From the NCBI RefSeq assembly GCF_017348835.2, contig NZ_CP071375.1: DNA of 64,000 bases; one strand, given 5' to 3'. The position numbers were made by a program, and so were the translations under genes. The notes below the pieces were generated by a model, which worked only from the letters and a program-made list of their open reading frames with translations, made no database searches and was not told the origin of the DNA. This stretch comes from Escherichia coli (GTDB lineage Bacteria > Pseudomonadota > Gammaproteobacteria > Enterobacterales > Enterobacteriaceae). Positions 15,677 through 25,936 of this stretch are shown piece by piece (the first letter of the stretch is position 1; the number at the start of each line of letters is the position of its first letter).

Positions 15677-15837
15677 TTTTAAGTTTTAACTTCCTTATAG
15701 TAAGTAAACAGCCACATCTGCGAGTTCTATCCTCATGTGTTCGGAAACTATAGCTCATCAAATCCAAGTTCACAATATGTAAACACTTGCGCGTGATATA
15801 ATTACCCCCAAAATCCTCATAACCACTCTGCAAAAAG

Positions 15838-16611
15838 TCAGTTCTGATTCACCCCATCAAGCACATCCCCCTTTATCAAGCAACGCTGCGTCAGCGACAG
15901 ATCTTCCGTTTGTGTGTCGCGCCCGGCGATGGGTTTGAGGACGAGTTTACGGTTGGGGGTATAAGTAAAGCGCGTGAGCGCGGGATAGCTTAACTTGCCA
16001 AACCAGCCGTGAACACGCTGCCATTTGGCGTCTTTTACCTGATACAGACTGGTTATCCAGTAACCAGAATTAAACTGCATATCCAGCAATTGCGTGTGAC
16101 CATTGCCTTGTAAATCCAGCAAATCATCTACGCCAGTTTTGCTTGCAGTGTAGAATCCCCAGGGTTCAAAGACACAGGGACGGCCTTCGTGCGTGAACGT
16201 CATGAGGATTAAATGTGCATAGGGCGCCAGACCATTACCGGCACTTGGCAACCAGATAACCAGATCCTGAATGCCGTTACGATCCAGATCGGCGCGATAG
16301 AGCTGCCCTTTGCCCGCCATATTTGCCAGCAACCCCACTGGCACCGTCCAGGATTTACCCGCGCGGTCTTTAGCGGTTAATTGCCAGTAATCCTCTTCAT
16401 TTGGCATCTTCTCAAGCGTCACGCCAGCAACGCCGATTTTTCTAAAATGCCAAGTTTGCTCGGTATAATAAGGCATGGTCAGGAGAGGTTTCAGCGCCCG
16501 CTTTTGCGCATATTCGCTGCCACTCATTGGCAGATATTCGGTAAAGCTGGTGGCCTGTGCAGACTGCACTAAGCTCAATAAAAAAGCGCACATCCCTGTT
16601 CTGATGTTCAA
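15838..16611 (-). CDS. hypothetical secreted protein with two D-x-D-x-N-G-x-x-D-like motifs
   Basis: 257-aa ORF with a predicted Sec signal peptide (MNIRTGMCAFLLSLVQSAQA); DLDRNGIQDLVIW and DLQGNGHTQLLD resemble FG-GAP/VCBS-type calcium-binding repeats. No family I can name with confidence. Confidence 0.55.
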   Translation of the reverse strand: MNIRTGMCAFLLSLVQSAQATSFTEYLPMSGSEYAQKRALKPLLTMPYYTEQTWHFRKIGVAGVTLEKMPNEEDYWQLTAKDRAGKSWTVPVGLLANMAGKGQLYRADLDRNGIQDLVIWLPSAGNGLAPYAHLILMTFTHEGRPCVFEPWGFYTASKTGVDDLLDLQGNGHTQLLDMQFNSGYWITSLYQVKDAKWQRVHGWFGKLSYPALTRFTYTPNRKLVLKPIAGRDTQTEDLSLTQRCLIKGDVLDGVNQN

Positions 16612-16635
16612 TTCCCTGAATTCCCTGATGAAGAA

Positions 16636-17106
16636 TTATTCTTCTTCCACCGCTAACTGCGCAAATCCGCCGTTCCCTTCCCAGCCTTCCAGTCGTTGAT
16701 AAACGGTTTCTACCGCATCTTTAATCGGCTGGGTCATTGGGTAGTAAAAGCCGACGATATCCGGCTGGATGCCGAGAAAAATCACCTCGCCAATATCTTC
16801 TTTCAACTGGTCGATAAGATAGTTCAGCGGCATGTTATGGGTAGTCATCATAAACATTTCGGCGATATCATCCGGATCGATGATGCGGATCTCGCCGGGG
16901 TTTAGCCCCATATCCGTGGCGTCGACAATCAGCAGTCGTGTCGGGCGCAGTTCGCGGATAGCGACAATGTCGTTTTCCGGTGCGCTACCGCCGTCAATCA
17001 CCACCCAGTTGCCTTTCGGCGCGGCGGCGCACTTTTCCGCCAGCAGCGGACCTGCGCCATCATCGCCCATCATGCTATTGCCAACACAGAGTAAAACGTC
17101 AGTCAC
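16636..17106 (-). CDS. hycI: hydrogenase 3 large-subunit maturation endopeptidase
   Basis: 156-aa ORF, last gene of the hyc operon; HycI/HybD-type protease signature. Confidence 0.9.
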   Translation of the reverse strand: MTDVLLCVGNSMMGDDGAGPLLAEKCAAAPKGNWVVIDGGSAPENDIVAIRELRPTRLLIVDATDMGLNPGEIRIIDPDDIAEMFMMTTHNMPLNYLIDQLKEDIGEVIFLGIQPDIVGFYYPMTQPIKDAVETVYQRLEGWEGNGGFAQLAVEEE

Positions 17107-17509
17107 GCAGTCTCCTCACCATCAAATAGATGGCGTTTTCCTGATGAATATCATGCAGCATACTTAACAGCATTGTACTCCATTCCTGCTGCTGCGAAGT
17201 TTGCGCTGCCCGGGCTTTATCGAATGCATTGGCCAGCATCGGCACATGGTTAATGTCGATGACGATCTCACCGTACTTCGGTACGCCTTCCATTTTGCGG
17301 CGGGCTTCGCTGCCCGCCTCCAGAGTGGCAATCCATGCCAGATATTCATCCCACGGGCAGGTGAGCGCCGCTTCCAGGCAATCGATAACCCCAAGGTGGT
17401 GACCAATCGCCAGGCTGTAATAGACCACCTGCTGCGCCTCGGCGGGCGTGGCATCGTTCTCATCAATAAATTTACGGCTCAGTTGACTGAACACCACCTT
17501 TTCACTCAT
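17099..17509 (-). CDS. hycH: formate hydrogenlyase maturation protein
   Basis: 136-aa ORF between hycG and hycI, overlapping both. Confidence 0.88.
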   Translation of the reverse strand: MSEKVVFSQLSRKFIDENDATPAEAQQVVYYSLAIGHHLGVIDCLEAALTCPWDEYLAWIATLEAGSEARRKMEGVPKYGEIVIDINHVPMLANAFDKARAAQTSQQQEWSTMLLSMLHDIHQENAIYLMVRRLRD

Positions 17510-18273
17510 CGGATACGCGCCTCTTCAACAACATGATTCAGATGGCTGACAATCTCGTTCAGACGCGGATCGTTTTCCGCTTCCAGCCAGCGTGCAACCT
17601 GTTCTTCGCCCTGCCCTAACTGTGTAAGGTAATCATCGGCAATCTGACGACCGTAACGATAACCCGCCAGTCGACGTGCTTCGCGATCCACTTTCACACG
17701 CAGCGGCTGCACCATATCGCCATGCAGGATCTCCGCCGGTTGTTCATCCTGCTCACCCGGCCCACGGGCGTGAATTTTCTGCTCCAGCAGGCCGAGCGCC
17801 ATTGCAAAGCCGTACAGCGTGGCGGCAGGCGTTGGCGGGCACCCCGGAATGTAGACATCCACCGGGACGATTTTATCCGTACCGCCCCACACGCAGTAGA
17901 GATCGTGGAAGATCCCGCCGCTGTTACCGCAGGCACCGTAGGAGATACAAATTTTCGGGTCCGGCGCGGACTGCCACGCACGCAGCGCAGGGGATCGCAT
18001 TGCACGGGTGACCGCGCCGGTAAACAGTAAAATATCCGCATGACGCGGTGAAGGAACGACTTTAATGCCGAAGCGTTCTGCATCGAACAGCGGCGAAAGC
18101 GTGGCGAAAATTTCGATTTCGCAGCCGTTACAGCCGCCGCAGTCCACACGGTAAACGTAGGCAGAACGTTTGATTTTTTTCAGTAACGACGCCTTCATGC
18201 TGGCGATGGATTCATCCACCGTCATCGGGACCGGAATGCCGTTGGCGTCACGGGGGCCTAATAAATTGCTCAT
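17506..18273 (-). CDS. hycG: hydrogenase 3 small subunit (NuoB-like)
   Basis: 255-aa ORF with NuoB-like cysteine motifs (CGGCNGC...GCPP). Confidence 0.9.
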   Translation of the reverse strand: MSNLLGPRDANGIPVPMTVDESIASMKASLLKKIKRSAYVYRVDCGGCNGCEIEIFATLSPLFDAERFGIKVVPSPRHADILLFTGAVTRAMRSPALRAWQSAPDPKICISYGACGNSGGIFHDLYCVWGGTDKIVPVDVYIPGCPPTPAATLYGFAMALGLLEQKIHARGPGEQDEQPAEILHGDMVQPLRVKVDREARRLAGYRYGRQIADDYLTQLGQGEEQVARWLEAENDPRLNEIVSHLNHVVEEARIR

Positions 18274-18815
18274 CAGATGGCCTCTTTCATATGGCGAGTC
18301 AGTTCAATACGGTCGGACGGCACCAGGCATTTCTGGCGCTTACATTCCGGGCAAGTCTCAAAGCTTTCGCGGTGGTTTTCCGCGCGGCTGTCACCATTGT
18401 GCTTAAGCAGCGCAATGGCGTAGTCTATCTCTTTCTGGACGGCGAAAGGACGATTGCAGACGCGGCAGTTGCACAGCGCGAAGCGGGACTGTTGCAGGAA
18501 GTCTTCTTTCTTCCACACCGCCAGTTCGTACTCTTGCGACAGTTTGATCGCCGCCGTCGGGCAGACTTCTTCGCAGCGTCCACAGAAGATGCAGCGACCG
18601 AGATTAAACTCCCAGGCAAGCTCTCCTGTGGCGAGGTCGGTTTCAACCGTTAAAGCGTTTGACGGGCAGGCATTGACGCAGGCCGCGCAGCCGATGCACT
18701 GCTGCGGGTTCTGCTCTGGCTTACCACGGAAGTTTTTATCAACCGCAATCGGCTCCAGCGGATAAGACGAGGTCGCCGTGCCGGTTTTGATGACTTTTTT
18801 GATAAAGGTAAACAT
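18273..18815 (-). CDS. hycF: formate hydrogenlyase 4Fe-4S subunit (NuoI-like)
   Basis: 180-aa ORF with two CxxCxxCxxxCP ferredoxin motifs. Confidence 0.9.
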   Translation of the reverse strand: MFTFIKKVIKTGTATSSYPLEPIAVDKNFRGKPEQNPQQCIGCAACVNACPSNALTVETDLATGELAWEFNLGRCIFCGRCEEVCPTAAIKLSQEYELAVWKKEDFLQQSRFALCNCRVCNRPFAVQKEIDYAIALLKHNGDSRAENHRESFETCPECKRQKCLVPSDRIELTRHMKEAI

Positions 18816-18824
18816 GGCGATTCC

Positions 18825-20534
18825 TTATTTCAGCGGCGAGTTTTTACGCTCAATGCTGTAACGCTCGAGTTCTTTGTACGGCACCACTTTGCTCTTCTTC
18901 TTACGCACATCGACCACGGTCATGCGGTCGGTACAGGAGTAGCAAGGGTCGAGGCTACCGATAATCAGCGGCGCATCGGAAACGGTATTGCCACGCAGCA
19001 TGTAGCGCAGGGTCGGCCAGTTCGCGTAAGTCGCGGCACGGCAGCGCCAGCGGTACAGCTTCTGGTTGTCGCCGGTCATGCTCCAGTGGATATCGTCGCC
19101 GCGCGGCGCTTCGGCAAAGCCCAGCGCAAAGCGGTGCGGAATGTAGGTAAAGCCTTCCACCATCAGCGGGCCACCCGGCAGGTTATCCAGACCGTAGTCG
19201 ATCATGTTCAGCGCGGTATAGACTTCGTTGATACGCACTTTCAGACGGGAAATAACGTCGCAGCCCTGCTCGCTGTGGACTTCCATCGGCAGCAGGCCAT
19301 AACCGACAAACGGGTGATCGGCACGGGTATCGCGGGCGTGACCGCTGGCGCGGACCATCGGGCCGACGTTACTGAAGTCGCGGGCGATTTCCGGGTCCAG
19401 ACGACCAATGCCGACAGTGCGCTGTTCCATGTTCGGCGTACTCAACAGCACATCCACCAGCTCCTGCACTTCACGACGCATCTGTTGTGCCAGCTGGCGG
19501 GTCTGGATCATGTCGTCTTTCAGCAGATCGCGACGAATCCCGCCGATCAAGTTCAGGCCGTAGGTTTTACGCGCACCGGTAAGGATCTCTGCCATTTTCA
19601 TGGAGGTTTCACGCACGCGGAAGAACTGCATAAAACCGGAGTCGAAGCCGGTAAAGTGACAGGCCAGGCCGAGGTTGAGCAGATGCGAGTGCAGGCGTTC
19701 CACCTCCAGCAGAATGGCGCGGATCATCTGCGCTCGTTCTGGCACCTGAATACCCATCGCGTTTTCCACCGACGTGGTGTAGGCGGTGCTGTGGGCGAAG
19801 CCGCAGATTCCGCACACACGGTCAGAGAGGAAGGTCACTTCGTTGTAACCCATGCGGGTTTCCGCCAGTTTTTCCATGCCGCGATGGACGTAGAACAGAC
19901 GGTAGTCGGCGTCGATAATGTTTTCGCCATCGACGAACAGACGGAAGTGACCCGGTTCGTCGGAAGTGACGTGCAACGGACCAATCGGCACGACGTTGTT
20001 TTTCTTGTCGCCCAGTTCGTTGATGAACTCGTAGGTTTCAGCATCGGTGGTCGGTGCCGGACGCTGACGATAATCCATGCTGTCTTTACGCAGCGGATAA
20101 AGTTCATCCGGCCAGTCATCCGGCAGCACCAGACGGCGTTCATCCGGCAGACCAACCGGAATCAAACCGTACATATCGCGCACTTCGCGCTCGCCCCACA
20201 CCGCCGCCGGAACGCGCGGCGTTACGGACGGATATTCCGGTTTGTTGGCGTCAACTTCGACGCGCACCGTTACCCAACACTTAGTCCCCTTCTCCATCGA
20301 CAGCACGTAATAAACGGCGTAATGACCATTCAGTTTGCGTTCGTCGTTACCAAACAGCACCGACAGCCAGCCACCCTGTTTGTAGTAAAGAAACTCCACC
20401 ACTTCCGGCAGGTAGTTCACCTTTACGGTGACAGTCAGCTGATCTTTGGTCTGCCAGGCGTGGTCCAGCACGACGCCCGGAAATGCCTCATTCAGCGCGG
20501 CGAGATAATGTTGACCTAATTTTTCTTCAGACAT
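18825..20534 (-). CDS. hycE: hydrogenase 3 [NiFe] large subunit
   Basis: 569 aa from MSEEKLGQHYL; NuoC/NuoD-like fusion with N-terminal RxCGxCxxxH and C-terminal DPCxSCxxR nickel-binding motifs. The listed ORF starts 7 codons upstream. Confidence 0.9.
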   Translation of the reverse strand: MSEEKLGQHYLAALNEAFPGVVLDHAWQTKDQLTVTVKVNYLPEVVEFLYYKQGGWLSVLFGNDERKLNGHYAVYYVLSMEKGTKCWVTVRVEVDANKPEYPSVTPRVPAAVWGEREVRDMYGLIPVGLPDERRLVLPDDWPDELYPLRKDSMDYRQRPAPTTDAETYEFINELGDKKNNVVPIGPLHVTSDEPGHFRLFVDGENIIDADYRLFYVHRGMEKLAETRMGYNEVTFLSDRVCGICGFAHSTAYTTSVENAMGIQVPERAQMIRAILLEVERLHSHLLNLGLACHFTGFDSGFMQFFRVRETSMKMAEILTGARKTYGLNLIGGIRRDLLKDDMIQTRQLAQQMRREVQELVDVLLSTPNMEQRTVGIGRLDPEIARDFSNVGPMVRASGHARDTRADHPFVGYGLLPMEVHSEQGCDVISRLKVRINEVYTALNMIDYGLDNLPGGPLMVEGFTYIPHRFALGFAEAPRGDDIHWSMTGDNQKLYRWRCRAATYANWPTLRYMLRGNTVSDAPLIIGSLDPCYSCTDRMTVVDVRKKKSKVVPYKELERYSIERKNSPLK

Positions 20535-20551
20535 GCTCAAACTCTCTTTAA

Positions 20552-21475
20552 TCACGCCGCCAGCAAGGAGACGAACGCTAAAAATGCAAAGCCAAACCCA
20601 GCCCAGGTAATGCGCGGAGTAATATCAAGACGCAGACGGGCCATGCTGTTTTCGAACAGCGCGATAACCAGGACGCCGACCACCAGTTTGACGATGGCAA
20701 TCACCAACGCCAGCAGCAGCCCACCGACGGTGAAGGTTTCCATTTGTCCCCACGGAATAAACACCCCGACGAACATCTGCAGCACCACCAACTGTTTCAG
20801 GCTGATACCCCATTTCATGACGCCAAAGCCGCTGCCGCTGTACTCAGAGAGCGGACCTTCCTGCAACTCCTGCTCGGCTTCCGCCAGGTCGAACGGCAGT
20901 TTGCCCATTTCGATAAAAGTGGCGAACGCACAGGCACAAAGCGCAAGTACCAGCGGGATGCTCTGGCTCAGCGGCCAGTGATAAACGGTGTCGGTGATGT
21001 TGCTGATGTTGGTGGAACCGGCAACCTGTGCGGCAACCCACAGACCCAGCAGCAGCATCGGTTCGACCAGCACACCCAGCATCGCTTCACGACTCGCGCC
21101 GATAGCGGTAAACGGGCTACCGGTATCCAGACCAGAAATGGCAAAGAAGAAACGCGCGATGGCAAAGAGATACAGTAAGGTGATCAAATCACCCAGTTGC
21201 GGCAGCGGAGAACCGACGGTCACCACCGGCAGCGCAGTAGCGATAGTCAGCATGACGCCCACCATCACATACGGCGTCAGGCGGAACACCCAGCCGGAGG
21301 CATCCGGGCCAACGCTCTGGCGGCCCAGCAGTTTGAAAATGTCACGATACTCCTGCAACACACCCGGCCCACGACGGTTATGCAGACGGGCGCGCGCCAC
21401 GCGGGTAATACCGGAGAGCAGCGGCGCAACGGCAAATAACACCAGCGCCTGAATTAACGGATATAAAACACTCAT
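20552..21475 (-). CDS. hycD: formate hydrogenlyase membrane subunit (NuoH-like)
   Basis: 307-aa hydrophobic polytopic ORF in hyc operon order. Confidence 0.9.
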   Translation of the reverse strand: MSVLYPLIQALVLFAVAPLLSGITRVARARLHNRRGPGVLQEYRDIFKLLGRQSVGPDASGWVFRLTPYVMVGVMLTIATALPVVTVGSPLPQLGDLITLLYLFAIARFFFAISGLDTGSPFTAIGASREAMLGVLVEPMLLLGLWVAAQVAGSTNISNITDTVYHWPLSQSIPLVLALCACAFATFIEMGKLPFDLAEAEQELQEGPLSEYSGSGFGVMKWGISLKQLVVLQMFVGVFIPWGQMETFTVGGLLLALVIAIVKLVVGVLVIALFENSMARLRLDITPRITWAGFGFAFLAFVSLLAA

Positions 21476-21477
21476 TC

Positions 21478-23304
21478 TCAGGCTCCTCGTGAAACAATAA
21501 TCACCACCAGTACCGCCAGTTCAACCAGCGCCATCCGGCGGAACAGCAACGCACTACCTTCGCACTGCCAGCCCGGCACCAGCGACACCGGATTCAGCCA
21601 TTTGCGTAGTTTCAGCACCGGCGCAAACGCCTGTTTCACCGGCATGGCAAAACCGTGAGCAGTAATCACCATTGATTTTTCGTGGTCGTAGCCGCACACC
21701 CAGGCCGCGCCGCGGGAACGCGATGGCAAACGATCGCCTTTGCAAATCGCCATAATGATGAATGGCAGCAGCGGGCAGGCAATCAGCAGCAACGTGATCA
21801 TCGGTTGAGAAACGGTGGTGTTAGCAGGCTCCAGCGGCAGAGGTACAGCAGCAGACAGCATCGGCAGCAGCCACGGCGCAGCAACACCGCCAATTACGCA
21901 GCAAATAGCCAGTGCCACTACGCTTACGCTCATCAGGAGCGGCGCACAGGTGGCGTTTTCGGCTTCTTTGGTACGCGGCGCGCCGAGGAACGTGACGCCA
22001 TAGACTTTCGCCATACACATCACCGCCAGCGCACCGGTAATTGCCAGACCCACAGCGAGCAGCGGCCCCAGCAGACGGGCAACAAACGCGCCACTATTGC
22101 TCAGTTTGAAAAAGGATTGATAGATAACCCATTCCCCGGCAAACCCGTTCAGCGGCGGCAGCGCAGCCATTGCCATCAACCCGACTAACATGGCGATGGA
22201 GATAACCGGCATTTTCTTGCCAATACCACCGAGTTTTTCGATATCGCGATGACCGGTACGGAACCAGACGCTCCCCGCCCCGAGGAACAGTACGCTTTTG
22301 AACAGGCTATGGTTAAGCAGATGGTACAGACCACCGACCAGACCAAGGGCAATCAGCGCCGGTTGTTCGAGCGCGATACCCGTTACGCCAGCGCCCAGCC
22401 CCAGCAGGATGATGCCGATATTTTCCAGGGTGTGGTAAGCCAGCAGGCGCTGGATGTTGTGCTCCATCAGCGCATACAGACCACCGACAAACGCGGTGAT
22501 CATGCCGAGCACCAGCAGCGCGATCCCCCACCACAGCGGTGCATTACCGCCCAGCAGTGACAGGGTTAAAATGCCCAGCAGGCCAATTTTCATGACTACC
22601 GTAGAAAACAACGCGGCAGCTGGCGCAGAGGCGTTCGCATGTGCCTGCGGCACCCAGCCGTGCAGCGGAATAATCCCGGCCAGCAGGCCAAAGCCAATCA
22701 CACCGAGCAGCCAGATATCGGAACCGAGCGGCAGCTGTTGCATACGCATATCCAGCAGGCGCAGATCCAGCGTGCCGTAACGCTGCCACAGCAGCCAGCA
22801 AGCAATCGCCAGCAGCAGAGTGCCAAGACGCCCCAGCGCAAACCACAGTTTGCCCTCTTTACTGTTGCTGGTGAGGAACACCGCACACAGAGCCATGATT
22901 TCTGCCATTACCACGAACATACCGAGGTTGCTGGCGATGACGGCACAGACGGCAGCAGCCATCAACATATTGATCTGCAAACCGTTGCACTTCACCTGCG
23001 CATGGCGATGCCAGTCAATGTTGTAGAGGCTGACAAACAGACCGCACAGACCGAGCGTAATCAGCCAAATCGCGTTAAGCGGAGAGATTTGCACATCGTA
23101 GCTTACCAGCGACAGCGCACCGCTCACGCCAACCGCGCCAGTCAGTACAGTGAAGCCCGCGGCTGCCGTATACAGACTACCAACCGCGCCGCCAATTCCG
23201 GCTATCCAGCCGCTTAGCGCCTTTTGAAAAGAAAAGAGAAATGCCAGAACAGCGGCGGCGACAAACCACGCCACGCCGCTATTGATCAGGGAAATTGCGC
23301 TCAT
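21478..23304 (-). CDS. hycC: formate hydrogenlyase membrane subunit (NuoL/antiporter-like)
   Basis: 608-aa hydrophobic polytopic ORF. Confidence 0.9.
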   Translation of the reverse strand: MSAISLINSGVAWFVAAAVLAFLFSFQKALSGWIAGIGGAVGSLYTAAAGFTVLTGAVGVSGALSLVSYDVQISPLNAIWLITLGLCGLFVSLYNIDWHRHAQVKCNGLQINMLMAAAVCAVIASNLGMFVVMAEIMALCAVFLTSNSKEGKLWFALGRLGTLLLAIACWLLWQRYGTLDLRLLDMRMQQLPLGSDIWLLGVIGFGLLAGIIPLHGWVPQAHANASAPAAALFSTVVMKIGLLGILTLSLLGGNAPLWWGIALLVLGMITAFVGGLYALMEHNIQRLLAYHTLENIGIILLGLGAGVTGIALEQPALIALGLVGGLYHLLNHSLFKSVLFLGAGSVWFRTGHRDIEKLGGIGKKMPVISIAMLVGLMAMAALPPLNGFAGEWVIYQSFFKLSNSGAFVARLLGPLLAVGLAITGALAVMCMAKVYGVTFLGAPRTKEAENATCAPLLMSVSVVALAICCVIGGVAAPWLLPMLSAAVPLPLEPANTTVSQPMITLLLIACPLLPFIIMAICKGDRLPSRSRGAAWVCGYDHEKSMVITAHGFAMPVKQAFAPVLKLRKWLNPVSLVPGWQCEGSALLFRRMALVELAVLVVIIVSRGA

Positions 23305-23912
23305 TTAGCCTCTCCACTTTGAGCCTGCTGAAACAAGGTGAGATCGCCAAAGTCCGTGTTAAAGGTCAGCTCACGCTTACGTTTGCTGACGCGGGCGATA
23401 TCGGTGTTATCCACCAGATGCAGGGCTTTAGTCGGGCACATCCGCACGCAGGCCGGACCTTGTTCATCAAAGCTACAAAGGTCACATTTGACGGCGATCG
23501 CGCGAATACCTGGCACCCAGTCAAGCAATGTGCTGACACGCGCCGGAGCAGGCGGTGCCGGTGGCGCTTTCGGGGTATTGGCGTTTGCCGGAATATCCAG
23601 CGGACGGCTGCCGGAAAATTCAATTGCGCCAAACGGGCAGGCGATGCCGCACAGTTTGCAGCTTACGCACAGGCTTTCATTCAACTGCACGGCCCCATCA
23701 ACGCGGGTGATGGCGTTAACTGGGCAGACCACCGCGCAGGGTGCATCTTCACAGTGGTGACAGAGCTGCGGCGCAGATTCTTTTTCATTTAGCATCACTC
23801 TCAGGCGCGGCATTGATTGCAGGCCGTGCTGGCGATGCGTCTCTGAACAGGCGGCCTCACAAGTGTGGCAGCCGATACAGAGCGTGGAGTCAGCAATTAC
23901 AAAACGATTCAC
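23301..23912 (-). CDS. hycB: formate hydrogenlyase 4Fe-4S electron carrier
   Basis: 203-aa ORF with four ferredoxin-type Cys clusters. Confidence 0.9.
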   Translation of the reverse strand: MNRFVIADSTLCIGCHTCEAACSETHRQHGLQSMPRLRVMLNEKESAPQLCHHCEDAPCAVVCPVNAITRVDGAVQLNESLCVSCKLCGIACPFGAIEFSGSRPLDIPANANTPKAPPAPPAPARVSTLLDWVPGIRAIAVKCDLCSFDEQGPACVRMCPTKALHLVDNTDIARVSKRKRELTFNTDFGDLTLFQQAQSGEAK

Positions 23913-24036
23913 CAGGCATTCCTCAGGTGATTGTCATTTTTGACGAAAACATGCCGATGAAATGTCATTTTCGACACTCATCGACACGCCCATCCCCAAA
24001 CAGGCGTAACGCCTGCAAAACGGGCAAAGCCTCAGC

Positions 24037-24498
24037 TCATGCTGCCGGGCTTTGTCCCTTTACCAGTTGGCTTAAATTCACCGGCACATTGTTTTCAATG
24101 GCGGTGTATAAGCTGTCGTAAACGCCAGCGATTTTTTCGAGATAGTGTTCCAGAACCTGTTCGCGATCGCGGATGTTGACCTTGCCATCAATCATGCCGT
24201 CAATGCTCAGTTGCGCCTGTGCAATCCGCTGTTTGTCTTCGCCATCTTTTGTTTCGACGTAATACTCGATGATGTGGCTGTTAAAGCCATCCGCCAGGGT
24301 GACGTAAATACGAAAATGTTCAAAAAGGACGAAACAGAGTTCTTTGTCCGGCGCGCAGCTCATGGCGTGATGCAGGCGCGCTTTCGATAACGTGATCCCC
24401 TGAACCAGCGAATTACAGTAGATGTGCCACTGGTCCTGTAGGCGACGATGCCGCTGTGCGATGTAATCGGCTTTCTCGCTTATTTCCCAAATAGTCAT
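24037..24498 (-). CDS. hycA: formate hydrogenlyase regulatory protein
   Basis: 153-aa first gene of the hyc operon, divergent from hypA. Confidence 0.88.
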   Translation of the reverse strand: MTIWEISEKADYIAQRHRRLQDQWHIYCNSLVQGITLSKARLHHAMSCAPDKELCFVLFEHFRIYVTLADGFNSHIIEYYVETKDGEDKQRIAQAQLSIDGMIDGKVNIRDREQVLEHYLEKIAGVYDSLYTAIENNVPVNLSQLVKGQSPAA

Positions 24499-24533
24499 TG
24501 TCAGGTTACCCGTTTAACAGAGATGCCAGCTTT

Positions 24534-24550
24534 AAGCATTTTCTGTGCCA
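24534..24550 (-). promoter_or_regulatory. sigma54 promoter of the hyc operon
   Basis: The minus strand reads TGGCAC-agaaa-ATGCTT, placed 35-50 nt upstream of the hycA start. Confidence 0.5.
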
Positions 24551-24600
24551 ACTTTTAATTCATTGTTATTAAAACGATTTTTAAGCTAAAGATGAATTTC

Positions 24601-24640
24601 GTCGCCGTGTCGACGTGTCATTTCGACATCATCGACATTA
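24601..24640. promoter_or_regulatory. candidate FhlA upstream activating sequence between hyc and hyp
   Basis: Repeated TCGACA/TGTCGAC half-sites (gtcgacgtgtcatttcgacatcatcgacatt) midway between the two divergent sigma54 promoters; assignment to FhlA follows from known regulation of these operons. Confidence 0.45.
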
Positions 24641-24663
24641 TTCACCGCAGGGATAATCAACAC

Positions 24664-24679
24664 TGGCACAATTATTGCT
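24664..24679 (+). promoter_or_regulatory. sigma54 promoter of the hyp operon
   Basis: TGGCAC-aatta-TTGCT, about 30 bp upstream of the hypA ATG (SD GGAGG at 24701-24705). Confidence 0.55.
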
Positions 24680-24709
24680 TGTAGCTGGCAATAGTTAATG
24701 GGAGGCGAT

Positions 24710-25060
24710 ATGCACGAAATAACCCTCTGCCAACGGGCACTGGAATTGATCGAACAGCAGGCCGCAAAACACGGCGCAAAACGCGTAACTGGGGTCTGGC
24801 TCAAAATTGGCGCATTTTCTTGTGTCGAAACCAGCTCTCTTGCCTTTTGTTTTGATCTGGTTTGCCGCGGCAGCGTGGCGGAAGGTTGTAAACTGCACCT
24901 CGAAGAACAAGAGGCCGAATGCTGGTGTGAAACATGCCAACAGTATGTGACGCTACTGACCCAGCGCGTCCGCCGCTGTCCACAGTGTCATGGTGACATG
25001 CTACAGATTGTGGCAGACGACGGTTTACAGATTCGGCGGATAGAAATAGACCAGGAGTGA
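24710..25060 (+). CDS. hypA: hydrogenase nickel insertion protein
   Basis: 116 aa from MHEITLCQ with two C-terminal CxxC pairs (zinc site). The listed ORF starts 4 codons upstream. Confidence 0.9.
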   Translation: MHEITLCQRALELIEQQAAKHGAKRVTGVWLKIGAFSCVETSSLAFCFDLVCRGSVAEGCKLHLEEQEAECWCETCQQYVTLLTQRVRRCPQCHGDMLQIVADDGLQIRRIEIDQE

Positions 25061-25063
25061 GCG

Positions 25064-25936
25064 ATGTGTACAACATGCGGTTGCGGTGAAGGCAACCTGT
25101 ATATCGAGGGTGATGAACATAACCCTCATTCCGCGTTTCGTAGCGCGCCATTTGCCCCTGCGGCACGCCCGAAGATGAAAATCACCGGCATTAAAGCGCC
25201 TGAATTTACCCCCAGCCAGACTGAAGAAGGCGACCTGCATTACGGTCATGGCGAAGCGGGCACTCACGCACCGGGCATGAGCCAGCGTCGGATGCTGGAA
25301 GTCGAAATTGACGTGCTGGACAAAAATAACCGTCTGGCTGAACGCAACCGCGCGCGCTTTGCTGCCCGCAAGCAACTGGTGCTCAACCTGGTTTCCAGCC
25401 CTGGTTCCGGTAAAACCACCCTGCTGACGGAAACCTTAATGCGCCTGAAAGACAGCGTTCCGTGCGCAGTTATTGAAGGTGACCAGCAAACCGTGAACGA
25501 TGCCGCACGCATTCGCGCTACCGGCACACCAGCGATTCAGGTGAACACCGGTAAAGGCTGCCATCTTGACGCACAGATGATTGCCGACGCCGCACCGCGT
25601 CTGCCACTGGACGATAACGGTATTCTGTTTATCGAAAACGTTGGCAACCTCGTATGCCCGGCCAGCTTCGATCTCGGTGAAAAACACAAAGTGGCGGTGC
25701 TTTCCGTTACCGAAGGTGAAGACAAACCGCTGAAATATCCGCATATGTTTGCCGCCGCCTCGCTGATGCTGCTCAACAAAGTTGACCTGTTGCCGTATCT
25801 CAACTTTGACGTTGAGAAGTGCATCGCCTGCGCCCGCGAAGTCAATCCAGAAATTGAAATCATCCTTATTTCCGCCACCAGCGGCGAAGGGATGGACCAG
25901 TGGCTGAACTGGCTGGAGACACAGCGATGTGCATAG
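25064..25936 (+). CDS. hypB: hydrogenase nickel-incorporation GTPase
   Basis: 290-aa ORF with an N-terminal CxxCGC metal site, His-rich stretch and GTPase P-loop (GSPGSGKTT). Confidence 0.9.
   Translation: MCTTCGCGEGNLYIEGDEHNPHSAFRSAPFAPAARPKMKITGIKAPEFTPSQTEEGDLHYGHGEAGTHAPGMSQRRMLEVEIDVLDKNNRLAERNRARFAARKQLVLNLVSSPGSGKTTLLTETLMRLKDSVPCAVIEGDQQTVNDAARIRATGTPAIQVNTGKGCHLDAQMIADAAPRLPLDDNGILFIENVGNLVCPASFDLGEKHKVAVLSVTEGEDKPLKYPHMFAAASLMLLNKVDLLPYLNFDVEKCIACAREVNPEIEIILISATSGEGMDQWLNWLETQRCA

Noticed and set aside
19086-20519. 477-aa plus-strand ORF antisense to hycE
   Set aside because: It lies entirely inside the well-supported hycE gene on the opposite strand, and the protein is low-complexity and rich in R/H/Q/V, typical of a stop-free antisense frame in GC-rich coding DNA.
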